Of a stretch of 41,219 nucleotides of DNA, positions 16,926 to 26,202 are shown piece after piece (position 1 is the stretch's first letter; each line of letters begins with the position of its first letter). This DNA is from a virus (Duplodnaviria; Caudoviricetes). The stretch is taken from positions 1-41,219 of IMG/VR virus record IMGVR_UViG_3300005512_004265; one strand, 5' to 3'. The position numbers and the translations under genes were made by a program. Under the pieces are notes generated by a model that saw only the letters and a list, made by a program, of their open reading frames with translations, searched no databases and was not told where the DNA came from.

Positions 16926-17576
16926 ATGACGCCACGAATCAAAGTCTTGATCGTCGCAACCGCCGCCGTCGCGGTGTTCGCGATCCTGATCGCCCCAGCC
17001 GCCGCCCAGTCGCCGCCCAGCAATGCCGCCACCGTAGACTGCCCCGAATGCGTGGCGTCGCTAGACGCCGACGAAACCGCCGCTCTGATTGATAAAATCG
17101 ACAATCTGATCGACGCGGCGGTCGCCCTTAAAGACGCGTTAGAAACGCCACCCGCCCCGGAGCCGTTGAAAGCGATCAACCCAGCGGCCGACGAAATCGC
17201 GGTCGGCGGTTTCTGGAATCGAAAACGCGAAAAATCATTTCTTAAAAAGTTTTGCGAAATCTTGGATTCGCCAGAATGCGATTTATCGAAACGCGAAAAG
17301 CGTCAAGTCAAGTTAGCAATGATCTTTTCGAAGAAAGCCCGCGACGAAGCTAAATCGTTAATGCAGGAATCGTATGACCTAGCCGACACCGAATTGAAAC
17401 TTCGGTCGGCCGGAACGTCGGAGCGCGGGCCGCCGTCAGGCGTCGACGAAATCCCAGTCGGAACGCCGGTCGAATTCGGGAACATCGATTGGTCGAATTT
17501 TAATTGGGAGGGGGCCCGCGATTTTTGGGTCGCTGTAATCAAGGCTATCGCCGACATCATAAAAGTTTTAATCTAA
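16926..17576 (+). CDS. Exported protein with C-terminal amphipathic/hydrophobic helix
   Basis: Signal peptide MTPRIKVLIVATAAVAVFAILIAPAAA; C-terminus FWVAVIKAIADIIKVLI. Confidence 0.7.
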   Translation: MTPRIKVLIVATAAVAVFAILIAPAAAQSPPSNAATVDCPECVASLDADETAALIDKIDNLIDAAVALKDALETPPAPEPLKAINPAADEIAVGGFWNRKREKSFLKKFCEILDSPECDLSKREKRQVKLAMIFSKKARDEAKSLMQESYDLADTELKLRSAGTSERGPPSGVDEIPVGTPVEFGNIDWSNFNWEGARDFWVAVIKAIADIIKVLI

Positions 17577-17586
17577 AAGGCCAGCT

Positions 17587-18333
17587 ATGAATCGTTATTC
17601 ATTCGCGGCCACGGTCGCCGCCGTTTTTCTTATTGGGTCGATTCCGTATCCGTCGAATTTCGCGATCGACGGAACCGGCCCGCGTGTATCAAGTACCGCA
17701 ACGCAAAACGCCCCGTCGTTGATCACCGCGTCGAACGGCGATTTCGCGATCGAGATCGCCGCAAGCGAATACGAAATCAAAGACGTGATCGTCGTTGAAA
17801 TCCGAAACGCCGTCGGTGATTTGCGGTTGAAAGTTTTCGCCCCGAAGTTCGCCGCCGTTTCGTGCTTGGAACTTCGGCCGCCGGATGAATCGACCCGGTT
17901 GTTTTTCTGGCAAGCCAAAACCGCCGGGCTTTATTTGGTGGAGGCGTCCGACGAAGCAAAAGACGTTTTCGTAAAAGTCACCGTCGGGAAGATACCGCCC
18001 AGCGACAACGACAACGACGACGGCAACGACGACGGCCAGCCGATCAACCCACCCGCCCCGAAACAGAAAGTCGGCGGCGTTGTCATCGTCGAAGAAAAAG
18101 ACGATTTCACACACGCGAAAGCGATTCAAAAATCTTCGACGTGGGCGAATATGAAAACGTTTGTAAAAGATGCGAAATGGTTCGACGACGACCAACCCGC
18201 CGCCGCCCCATTTGCAACCGCCGCCCGCGCCGCTGGCTTGCCCGCGATTCTTTTGTTTGATCAATCCGGAAACCTGATCGAAACCCGCCCGCTACCCCAA
18301 ACCGAAGCCGAATTGTTAGAGCTAGTGAAATGA
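17587..18333 (+). CDS. Exported protein, Ig-like domain plus thioredoxin-like C-domain lacking CxxC
   Basis: Signal peptide, D/P-rich linker, VVIVEE...LPAILLFDQSG...PLPQTEAELLELV. Confidence 0.6.
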   Translation: MNRYSFAATVAAVFLIGSIPYPSNFAIDGTGPRVSSTATQNAPSLITASNGDFAIEIAASEYEIKDVIVVEIRNAVGDLRLKVFAPKFAAVSCLELRPPDESTRLFFWQAKTAGLYLVEASDEAKDVFVKVTVGKIPPSDNDNDDGNDDGQPINPPAPKQKVGGVVIVEEKDDFTHAKAIQKSSTWANMKTFVKDAKWFDDDQPAAAPFATAARAAGLPAILLFDQSGNLIETRPLPQTEAELLELVK

Positions 18334-19145
18334 TCCATTTATTTGACAAATACCCGTGCGGAACGACACCGGAACGAAAGAAACGTCGCCAGCTTTTAAA
18401 GCGATCGACAAAGCTTCCGAATTGGTCGCTTGATCAGGTGGCCGAATATGTAAAGGCGAACCCGTGGAGTCGTGAAGAATGGTTCCCGATTGATCAGTTT
18501 CAAAAGAATCAAGGCCGTCGCGGGTCGTGTAATTATTACGCAAAAGACGCCGTCGTTGAACGTTTGATCAAGCAAAACTTTCTTTATTACATCAAACTTT
18601 CGCCCGAACTTGGTTACGCGAATAACGTTAACGGAAACGATACCGGGTCGCTTTTAACCGAGTCGTTAAGGGACGGAATGAAAGTCGGTTCGCCGCCGTA
18701 TTTGCAACGACATTTCGAAAAGATCCGCCGCCGCGACTTTACGCAAGCCGACTTCGAAAACGCCCTTCGGTTTCGCGGATTGGAATTCGAGCCGGTCGAC
18801 ACTTATTTGGAATTGCTGATCGGCGTCGCGATCGGATTTCCGGGCGTCGTCGCGATCCACGCCGGGGCGAATTACATAAAGCAAAAACGCGACGGATGGG
18901 CGGGCGTCGACAACGGTCGCGGAAACCACGCCGTCGCAGTTGATAAAGTTCGAATCGGAAGCGATGGCCGGATCGGTTTAGAACAGCCGGGGAGTTGGGG
19001 CGTTAACGTTCACGACGACGGGATCGCGCATATCCACGAAGGCCATTTCAGCCAAACAAACCGTTATCACAAATTCTGGATCGGAACGGGTATTCGGCTT
19101 GATCCGAAAATCGAACTTGATTTCAAAACGAAAATCGCAGCCTAA
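18330..19145 (+). CDS. Papain-like (C1 family) cysteine peptidase
   Basis: NQGRRGSC (oxyanion Gln, catalytic Cys), GNHAV (His), GSWG. Confidence 0.82.
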   Translation: MIHLFDKYPCGTTPERKKRRQLLKRSTKLPNWSLDQVAEYVKANPWSREEWFPIDQFQKNQGRRGSCNYYAKDAVVERLIKQNFLYYIKLSPELGYANNVNGNDTGSLLTESLRDGMKVGSPPYLQRHFEKIRRRDFTQADFENALRFRGLEFEPVDTYLELLIGVAIGFPGVVAIHAGANYIKQKRDGWAGVDNGRGNHAVAVDKVRIGSDGRIGLEQPGSWGVNVHDDGIAHIHEGHFSQTNRYHKFWIGTGIRLDPKIELDFKTKIAA

Positions 19146-19211
19146 ACTCCGTGGGATGGGCCGTCGCGTTTCTCTCGACGCGGCGGCCCTATGTTTTCAT
19201 AAAGGGAAATC

Positions 19212-19616
19212 GTGAAAAAGTTAGTTGCCATTTTTTTATTATTTGCGTCGCCAGCGTTGGCCGACGATTTTGTTTTTCGAATGCCGGTTTTGTCGACCGT
19301 CAAAACATCGCCCGCGAAACAAAAATCGCGAACCGTGACGCGTTCGGTTTATCGAACCGCGTCCGCCCCGCGTTGGAATCTTAGCGGGTCTTGGTCACGG
19401 GTCCGCAACCGCACCGATTTAATCAACCATTTAAGCACAACCCACGATTTCGAAACATCGTTTTTGAACTCGTTAACGATTGGCCAATTGTGGGCGATTC
19501 ACGACGACCTACACGCCGCCGAGGAAAAACAGAACACCACCCGCCAAGCCAAAAAAACGTCGGCCGCAGCCCCGACGACCACGTCGACGACTTATTGCCC
19601 ACCCGGCCAAACGTGA
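19212..19616 (+). CDS. Exported His-motif protein
   Basis: Signal peptide MKKLVAIFLLFASPALA; LINHLSTTH...LWAIHDDLH. Confidence 0.7.
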   Translation: MKKLVAIFLLFASPALADDFVFRMPVLSTVKTSPAKQKSRTVTRSVYRTASAPRWNLSGSWSRVRNRTDLINHLSTTHDFETSFLNSLTIGQLWAIHDDLHAAEEKQNTTRQAKKTSAAAPTTTSTTYCPPGQT

Positions 19617-19727
19617 CCGCCGACAGCGAACGCGGTCGCGTTCCCGTTGTTTCGATTCCGCCGTCGTTGAAACCAAACCCAAGCCCAAGACCAAACCCAA
19701 GACCAAACCCAAAACGAAAACCGCACC

Positions 19728-20027
19728 ATGAAAAACGTTTTTGAAGCATTGCGACGCTATGGCCACGACGACCATTTCGAGCCGAAGGTTAACCGCCAGC
19801 ATTTCAAACCGATCAAGAGCCACCCCAACACGGAAGAAGGGCACGCCGAGCGTTTGGCGGTTTATCGCAAGCGAATCGAGAACGGCCAGCCGCTTTGGCA
19901 TCCGGACGACTTTAAACCAGAAGTCGACGCGTTTTCGAAATCGCCATTTTCACGGCTTGCCGTCCGCCGGGCTTGCGGATCGATTGGGCAAGGCGTCGTC
20001 GACCAGCGACGTAACGAAATGAGTTAA
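19728..20027 (+). CDS. Hypothetical protein (PLWHPDD motif family)
   Basis: ERLAVYRKRIENGQPLWHPDD resembles a small family recalled from Planctomycetota. Confidence 0.65.
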   Translation: MKNVFEALRRYGHDDHFEPKVNRQHFKPIKSHPNTEEGHAERLAVYRKRIENGQPLWHPDDFKPEVDAFSKSPFSRLAVRRACGSIGQGVVDQRRNEMS

Positions 20028-20031
20028 ACCG

Positions 20032-20637
20032 ATGGGCCGGACGAAAGCACAAAAACGCCGCCGGAAAAAAACGCAAAAGTCGACGCCGCTTTTTGACCAC
20101 GCGACACAACCGACGATCGCCGAGAAGCCGAACCAGTTGATTTTGCGGACAGCCGGACAGGTCGCCGCGCATTTCTCGACAAGTCTTCGCACGGTTCAAA
20201 ATTGGATGAACGACGGAATGCGTGATTTTTGCACGCCCGCCCAGCCCGGCCACGACGACGGCCATTTTCCCGTTGAAGAAATCAAAGCTTGGCGAGCCAG
20301 AAAACGCGGAGCCGTTTTGACACATGGCCAAGACGACCCGGCCATGCGGGCGATGAAGGTCGAGCTAGAAGAATTAAAACTAAAAGAAAAGCGTTTCGAA
20401 CTCGAACGCAAAACGGGCGGCATGGTCACGCTTGATGAAGCGATCAGGTTATCGGCCCGCGCCGCCGCCGCGTCGAAAGCGAAACTTTCAGAGCTTCGGC
20501 CGCGTCTTGAAATGATCATGCCGCAAGAGATCGACGCCGACTTGAAATTTAAATATCTGAATTCGGTCGACGAATTGTTGCAAGACATTTTCGAAGAATT
20601 GGGCCGCGAGCTTTTAGCACTTGGCGACGAAGAATGA
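20032..20637 (+). CDS. terS: Terminase small subunit (Nu1-like)
   Basis: HTH (TAGQVAAHFSTSLRTVQNWMNDGM), coiled coil, G.MV...; upstream of terL. Confidence 0.8.
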   Translation: MGRTKAQKRRRKKTQKSTPLFDHATQPTIAEKPNQLILRTAGQVAAHFSTSLRTVQNWMNDGMRDFCTPAQPGHDDGHFPVEEIKAWRARKRGAVLTHGQDDPAMRAMKVELEELKLKEKRFELERKTGGMVTLDEAIRLSARAAAASKAKLSELRPRLEMIMPQEIDADLKFKYLNSVDELLQDIFEELGRELLALGDEE

Positions 20638-20789
20638 AAACAAACCCGCCCCGCAAACCGTTCCGAAAAAAACCATGCGTCGACGCGTGTTTTTTGGACC
20701 CGGAAAAATGGATCGAAACACGCAACGCCGCCGGGCAATTAATCATCGTTTGCAAGATTTGTGGAAAGTACATAGGAAGACCAAAATGA
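20634..20789 (+). CDS. 51-aa putative zinc-ribbon protein (below the ORF-track cut-off)
   Basis: MKTNPPRKPFRKKPCVDACFLDPEKWIETRNAAGQLIIVCKICGKYIGRPK; ATGA overlaps with both neighbours. Confidence 0.65.
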   Translation: MKTNPPRKPFRKKPCVDACFLDPEKWIETRNAAGQLIIVCKICGKYIGRPK

Positions 20790-21022
20790 TTTCGAAAGAA
20801 GAAAAAGACGCGATCAAGCGCGTTTTAAAAGTTGGTGAAAAACACGGCTTCGGAAACCTAATTGCACACTTACGTACCGCGTGGGCCGCGTCGTTAATTG
20901 CGTCGACAGAAAATAACGTAAACGTTACCCCGTGGACGTGGGAACAAGCAAACCAAGCAACAATCACCGCGCCATATTCGATCGAGCAACAAAACAGAAT
21001 TCTTTCGGACGAAACGCCGTGA
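20786..21022 (+). CDS. Hypothetical protein
   Basis: MISKEEKDAIKRV...GFGNLIAHLRTAW; ATGA and GTGA coupling with its neighbours. Confidence 0.6.
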   Translation: MISKEEKDAIKRVLKVGEKHGFGNLIAHLRTAWAASLIASTENNVNVTPWTWEQANQATITAPYSIEQQNRILSDETP

Positions 21023-23130
21023 TCAAAAAAAACGATTCGCCGCAAACGGCAGAATACTTTAAATCACTAGCGAACGTTTGGAAGCAAAATCGCCGACAAA
21101 GCTTCGCGGAGTTTCTCGAATTGAATTATCGGCTATCTGAAAACGAGGGGATCGCGCCGCAAGCGTTTAACCTTCGCGATAATCCATATTGGCGAGAACC
21201 GATCGACAATTGCAACAATGGCCGCACGAATCGAATTTCGATTTTGAAATCGACACAAGTCGGCGGAACGATCACGGCGCAGGGTATTTTAATGGCGGCC
21301 GCCGCGATCAACCCCGCGCCCGCGATGGCCGTTTTCCCGGACCATTCCGAAGCCAAATTACAACGCGACCGGATCGTCGCGAACATGCTAGAAAGCCGAC
21401 CACGAATCCGGAATTTGGCCCCGTTGCGAACCAACGCCCGGTCGATCGACATGCAAACCCAGCAAGTTTTTCTAGGTAACGCCGGATCGGATCAGTCGCT
21501 ACGCGGGAAACCGTGTCGATTCGTGATTAAACACGAAGTCGACGTTTACCCGCGGAAGGCTAATGACAAAGCAGGTAACCCACAAGAGACACCCGACGAG
21601 CGGACAAAAACATTTACGTCGCCGCTAATCTTCGAAGAAAGCACGCCCGCCGGGAACGATAGTTATATCGCCGCCCAATTTGAAGCCAGCCAAAAACGAT
21701 TCTGGTTTGTTCAGTGCCCGAAATGCAAACGCTGGCAAAAAACGCGTTTTTTCCCATACGCCGAAGGGAAATTTAAAGGCCGGGGCGGGATCGTCGGATA
21801 CAAAGACGCCGCCGGAAATTTAAGGTCGATCGAGGAAGCCCGGCGGCTTTCGTATTATCTTTGCGTGCATGGTTGCAAGATCACGCCGCAATACAAAAAC
21901 GACATGATCGCGGGCGGGCGTTGGGTTCCGTCGGGATGCAGCATTGACGACGACACCGGCGAAACCACGGGCACGCCGTATCGATCCGATCGCCACATCG
22001 GTTACCACATTTGGACGATTATGCAATCGAAAAAATCGATCGGTGATATCGTCGAAGCGTACATCACGTTTTCGCGAAAAGGAAATTTGCGGGGCTTTTT
22101 TCAAGATTGGCTTGGCATTAAATACGAGCGGAATTTAAAGCTTCCGACGTGGGAGAAATTAGGAACGAAATACAAGACCGGCCACAAGCTAAAACAGGTT
22201 CCGAATGATTGTTGGTTCTTGACACTAGGGGCCGACGTCCAAGAGCACGAAACGTTTTGGGTCGTTTGGGGATGGTCGCCCGGCCGCACTCCCGCGTTGA
22301 TCGACCTAGGGGTTTTCGATCAAGAGGCCGAAGAAAAACCGTTTGTCGTGATCGACGGCCAAATGCTTTCGTCGGATATCGCCCAGCTACTCGACAAAGT
22401 CAACATTAAAAAAACGCAGTACCCGGTTTTGCCGCACGAAGGAAAACAAACCAACCCGATCGGGCTTTCGTCGCTGGCGATCAAGATCGGCGGCACGGAT
22501 ACCAACTATCGAAACCATGAAGTTCACGCCGTCGTTAAAAAGATGCGTCACCCAACCGACCCGAACAAAGATCGATTACGTTCTACACGCGGCGACCGAC
22601 ACGTCGATCCGGACACCCGCTATAAAATGTCGTTAGTCGAAAAAAGTTCGCGAGACGGCAAGCCCTACCCCGGCGGGCTTCGACTTTGGAATTTATGCAA
22701 AGGGTTTTATCGGGATATTTGGGAAACGCGTTTGGTTTTACCGCCCGGCGAAACGCAAGCGATGAGACTTCCGGACGACTTATTAGAAAGCCCACACGGC
22801 GAACGGTTTTTGAAGCAACTTTTAAACGAGCGAAACCAAGAATCGTTTAACGCCCGGACGAACGAAAAAAAAGACCATCCACGAATTATCGATAAAACGT
22901 TGCGATGCGACTTTCGCGACGCGTCGATTATCGCCGAAGCGGTCGCGGACATGGCGACCGACTTGATTTTCGGCCAAGTCGAATGGATGGCGACCGAATG
23001 GGCAAAAAAAGTGCAACACCAACACCAACCCGCAACGCCGAACGCGGAACCCGGCCCGGTTGATCAGTCGCCACCCGCAACCGATCGCCCAAGCGACCAC
23101 CACCCGCCCGACGACATTGTCGCCCGTTAG
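21019..23130 (+). CDS. terL: Terminase large subunit (lambda gpA family)
   Basis: PYWREP, KSTQVGGT (Walker A), HEVDVYP (Walker B variant), ESTP, CPKC, LTLGADVQ nuclease motif. Confidence 0.93.
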   Translation: MIKKNDSPQTAEYFKSLANVWKQNRRQSFAEFLELNYRLSENEGIAPQAFNLRDNPYWREPIDNCNNGRTNRISILKSTQVGGTITAQGILMAAAAINPAPAMAVFPDHSEAKLQRDRIVANMLESRPRIRNLAPLRTNARSIDMQTQQVFLGNAGSDQSLRGKPCRFVIKHEVDVYPRKANDKAGNPQETPDERTKTFTSPLIFEESTPAGNDSYIAAQFEASQKRFWFVQCPKCKRWQKTRFFPYAEGKFKGRGGIVGYKDAAGNLRSIEEARRLSYYLCVHGCKITPQYKNDMIAGGRWVPSGCSIDDDTGETTGTPYRSDRHIGYHIWTIMQSKKSIGDIVEAYITFSRKGNLRGFFQDWLGIKYERNLKLPTWEKLGTKYKTGHKLKQVPNDCWFLTLGADVQEHETFWVVWGWSPGRTPALIDLGVFDQEAEEKPFVVIDGQMLSSDIAQLLDKVNIKKTQYPVLPHEGKQTNPIGLSSLAIKIGGTDTNYRNHEVHAVVKKMRHPTDPNKDRLRSTRGDRHVDPDTRYKMSLVEKSSRDGKPYPGGLRLWNLCKGFYRDIWETRLVLPPGETQAMRLPDDLLESPHGERFLKQLLNERNQESFNARTNEKKDHPRIIDKTLRCDFRDASIIAEAVADMATDLIFGQVEWMATEWAKKVQHQHQPATPNAEPGPVDQSPPATDRPSDHHPPDDIVAR

Positions 23131-23301
23131 CGATCGCCAGTTGCAGAAAAACGCTTTCTCTGAAAAACCGCCCGCGTGAAACACTAAACCGGCGTAAATT
23201 GTTTTTCGACAGTGGTGATCCCCGGCCAAGTGGTTTTTTTGATTTCCTACGCTTGGCCGGGACACTACCATTTCACAACCAACCGAAACGGAGTTTACCC
23301 A

Positions 23302-24006
23302 ATGGCCAAACGCAAACCGACGCCACCCAGCAACGACGCAACCAAATCACCCGAATCCGCCGTCGGGTTTGAGCCAGAAAAAACAGAATCCACGCCAGCC
23401 GCCGACGAGCTTTTCAAAGCCGATTCCGACACGACAACCAAAACCGATTATCAGACCGACGACTATTCCGAAGGCGTCGACCATATCGAAAACGACGCCG
23501 ACGGCTTCAACGACGAATCAGGATTTGCGGCCGGATCAACCAGCGAGCCGCCCGGCCAGCATTCCGGCGAATTGATTACCGACCCGGCCAGCGACCCGGC
23601 CAGCGAACCGGACCAGCCGCCCGCCGCTGAAAAGCGACCGCCGTTTCGAACCGAAGTTGAAAAACCAATTTGCCCGATCCATTTTGTCGGCATGGTCAAA
23701 AGTTCGAGCGGAAAAACCCCGGAAGCGGGCGAAGACCGCGTCGCGTATTGGCGATGCAAAGTCGACGATTGCACGCATAAAGACGCGACCGTCGAAAACG
23801 GTTTGGCGTTAAACGATCCGGTGTATTGTCCGCGTTTGTCATGCCGCGAATCAAGACAAGCGATGCAAATTGACTTAGAAAAAACCAAGCTTGATTCCGG
23901 GCAACGGTTGTTTTTTGTTTGTCCCCATTGCGGCTACACGGAATTTAGAAAGGGCCGCGCGACGCGAGCCGCTGAAATCAAGTTGCGTGATATTTATAAT
24001 CGGTGA
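23302..24006 (+). CDS. Acidic disordered N-terminus plus two C-terminal zinc ribbons (possibly an Ogr/Delta-like regulator)
   Basis: CPIH...CKVDDC and CPRLSC...CPHC. Confidence 0.6.
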   Translation: MAKRKPTPPSNDATKSPESAVGFEPEKTESTPAADELFKADSDTTTKTDYQTDDYSEGVDHIENDADGFNDESGFAAGSTSEPPGQHSGELITDPASDPASEPDQPPAAEKRPPFRTEVEKPICPIHFVGMVKSSSGKTPEAGEDRVAYWRCKVDDCTHKDATVENGLALNDPVYCPRLSCRESRQAMQIDLEKTKLDSGQRLFFVCPHCGYTEFRKGRATRAAEIKLRDIYNR

Positions 24007-24009
24007 ACC

Positions 24010-24210
24010 ATGCCGCGAAATTTTATTGTCTACAAAAAAGAATCCGACCAAACGTTTGTTTTTGATTTTGACGATTCGCCGGTCGGCCCGCTATTCTTGC
24101 AGCTTGGAAAATTTGCGGCCGACCCGCAAATCGATTTCAATTGGCGAGACGCGACGATCGTTCGAAAGAAAATATTTGATCTTTCGCGGCCCAATTTACA
24201 GAATCTGTAA
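24010..24210 (+). CDS. Small conserved planctomycete-type protein
   Basis: FVFDFDD...LGKFAADPQIDFNWRDA resembles a host family (LGRFASNPELSFTWYDA) recalled from Planctomycetota. Confidence 0.65.
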   Translation: MPRNFIVYKKESDQTFVFDFDDSPVGPLFLQLGKFAADPQIDFNWRDATIVRKKIFDLSRPNLQNL

Positions 24211-24211
24211 A
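24195..24211. promoter_or_regulatory. 17-bp palindrome, copy 2 (before gpW/portal)
   Basis: TTTACAGAATCTGTAAA; TAGAAT at 24251. Confidence 0.7.
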
Positions 24212-24288
24212 CAAAACGGCCGACCGAAATTCGTGTCGGCTTCTTGCCGTTAGAATCATTTTTGCATTCTTTTTTTTGGAGTAGATTT

Positions 24289-24498
24289 TTGAGCGTTGAC
24301 GAAAAAGCCGAAGCCGCATTGACCGCCGCAATGCAAAACGTGATCGACAACGACGGCGAAAAGAAAATTCAAGACGGCAACATATCGACCGAATCCAATT
24401 CGCTTGGCGATATGGCGAACTTCATCAAGGCCGCGTCGGCCGCTGGAATTAAAATCGGCACGCGAGCGACGCGAACGATCGGAACCCGGATCGGTTAA
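24289..24498 (+). CDS. Putative head-tail joining protein (gpW-like)
   Basis: GGAG RBS plus TTG start; helix-hairpin-helix pattern; sits between terL and portal as in lambda. Confidence 0.55.
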   Translation: MSVDEKAEAALTAAMQNVIDNDGEKKIQDGNISTESNSLGDMANFIKAASAAGIKIGTRATRTIGTRIG

Positions 24499-24501
24499 TC
24501 G

Positions 24502-26202
24502 TTGTCTCTGTTTAAACGATCACGCGAAAGAAAAAAAATGGCCGATCCAAAATCTTTTTTATCCCAACTCGAAAGCGTCGCCGACCCGGCCGCCGCGATC
24601 GCCAATCCGACGACCCGGCAAAAGCTAACCCGCGTGATCGTTTCAACTCCAACGCAATCGTCTAACGAGGGCGGTTATCGCGTCGGGCGGGTCGATGCGT
24701 CAAATTGGGACCATACGCCGACCGGGATCGGCGAGAATTCAGCGATTACCGCCGGGGGCGATCTTGCCAACCGCCGCCAGCGAGACAATTACAGACAAAT
24801 CGCGTTATCGCGTCGCACGGTTCATTGTCTGCGCGACTTGATCGTCGGAATGGGGCTTCAATGCCTAAACGACCCGATCCATTTTTCATTGACTGAATTA
24901 CTGGAAATGCGAAAGCTTAATCGGTTTGACGATATTTTGTCGTTGATCGATTACGGTCTGGCGTCCGACGAATCATTCGAACGATGGGCCACCGATCCGG
25001 AGTTATGCGACCGGGAGGGGCGGCGAAGCTGGTTTGAAATGCAGCGAACCGCGATAAGCGAAGAGATTCAAGTCGGCGATTGTTTGATTGCCCACGAAAT
25101 CGTTGACCGTGGCCCCGGCGAGTCGCCGCTGCGATTGCAAATGTACGAAAACGAACAGATCGACAAAACAAAAGACCGCCACGAATCGAAGGGTTCTAAA
25201 TACAAAGTCGTGAACGGTTTCGTGCTTGACGATTTGAATCGCGAGATCGGCGTTTATTTGTACCACGAACACCCGCAAGAATCCTACACTTATTCACAAA
25301 ACGGCTACCGTTCGCGATTCGTTCCGGCGTCGCGATATCAACACGTTTTCCAGCCGACCCGACCGACACAATTTTCGGGTTTTTCTTGGACGCATACCCA
25401 CGGCCAGCCGCTTCGTGATCGCGACAATTTTATCGGCACGGAAATCCGGTCGGCCATTAAAGGTGCGATGCAGATCATCGCGGCCTACTTAAAAAACCCA
25501 GAGGAAACAAATTTTAGCTTCGAGGTCGACGATACGGCCGCCGTTCCGCGAACCACGCCCAAGCTTTCTAATTCACCGATGGCTTGGAAACTGGACGCCG
25601 ACGGCGGCGAAAAAGTGGAGATTATCGAAAGCAATCGGCCGAACCCAAACGCGAACGATTTCTACGACATTTTAGACCACGATCTAGCGATGGGCGTCGA
25701 CCTATCCTATCCAACATTGACCGGCCGTTACAACGGTCACACGTACGAAGGGATTCGCGGAGCGTTGCAAGCCGAAGCGTTTCAAATGGCCCCGCTACAA
25801 CGGGCGTTTGGCTTGCAGTTGTGTTTAAAGGTTCGACGACTTCACCAAGATTTAGCCGTCGCAAATCGTCAGATTCCCGGCGTCACGTTGGCCCAGTACA
25901 ACCGCAACAAAAACAAGCTTCGAAAATTCGACGTCGTCGGCCCGGAGCGTGTTTTGCTGAACTTAGAAAAAGAGACAGGCGGAAAGGCCGCATTGCTTCG
26001 CGGTTGTTTGTCGACGTTCAAGGAAGAAGAAATGAGGCTTGGTAAACATTGGTTAAAAACACTTCGCCAGATTTGCATTGAAAACGAGCTTTTCAAATTG
26101 TTGGGGATTGCCCCGGATTGGTCAAAAGGCCAAGGCGGACAAGTTACAACCAACGCCCGCGCAGAAGACAACGCCACCCCGGAAACGGAGCCCGCTGAAT
26201 AG
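24502..26202 (+). CDS. Portal protein (lambda family)
   Basis: R.RD.YR, IVGMG, FERWA....CDREGR.SW, GDCL, LQMYE.EQID, HVFQP.RP.Q..G, LTG.Y. Confidence 0.9.
   Translation: MSLFKRSRERKKMADPKSFLSQLESVADPAAAIANPTTRQKLTRVIVSTPTQSSNEGGYRVGRVDASNWDHTPTGIGENSAITAGGDLANRRQRDNYRQIALSRRTVHCLRDLIVGMGLQCLNDPIHFSLTELLEMRKLNRFDDILSLIDYGLASDESFERWATDPELCDREGRRSWFEMQRTAISEEIQVGDCLIAHEIVDRGPGESPLRLQMYENEQIDKTKDRHESKGSKYKVVNGFVLDDLNREIGVYLYHEHPQESYTYSQNGYRSRFVPASRYQHVFQPTRPTQFSGFSWTHTHGQPLRDRDNFIGTEIRSAIKGAMQIIAAYLKNPEETNFSFEVDDTAAVPRTTPKLSNSPMAWKLDADGGEKVEIIESNRPNPNANDFYDILDHDLAMGVDLSYPTLTGRYNGHTYEGIRGALQAEAFQMAPLQRAFGLQLCLKVRRLHQDLAVANRQIPGVTLAQYNRNKNKLRKFDVVGPERVLLNLEKETGGKAALLRGCLSTFKEEEMRLGKHWLKTLRQICIENELFKLLGIAPDWSKGQGGQVTTNARAEDNATPETEPAE

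Noticed and set aside
20621-20785. N-terminal extension of ORF 20621..21022
   Set aside because: Better explained by a 51-aa ORF in another frame (20634..20789) with ATGA overlaps at both ends.
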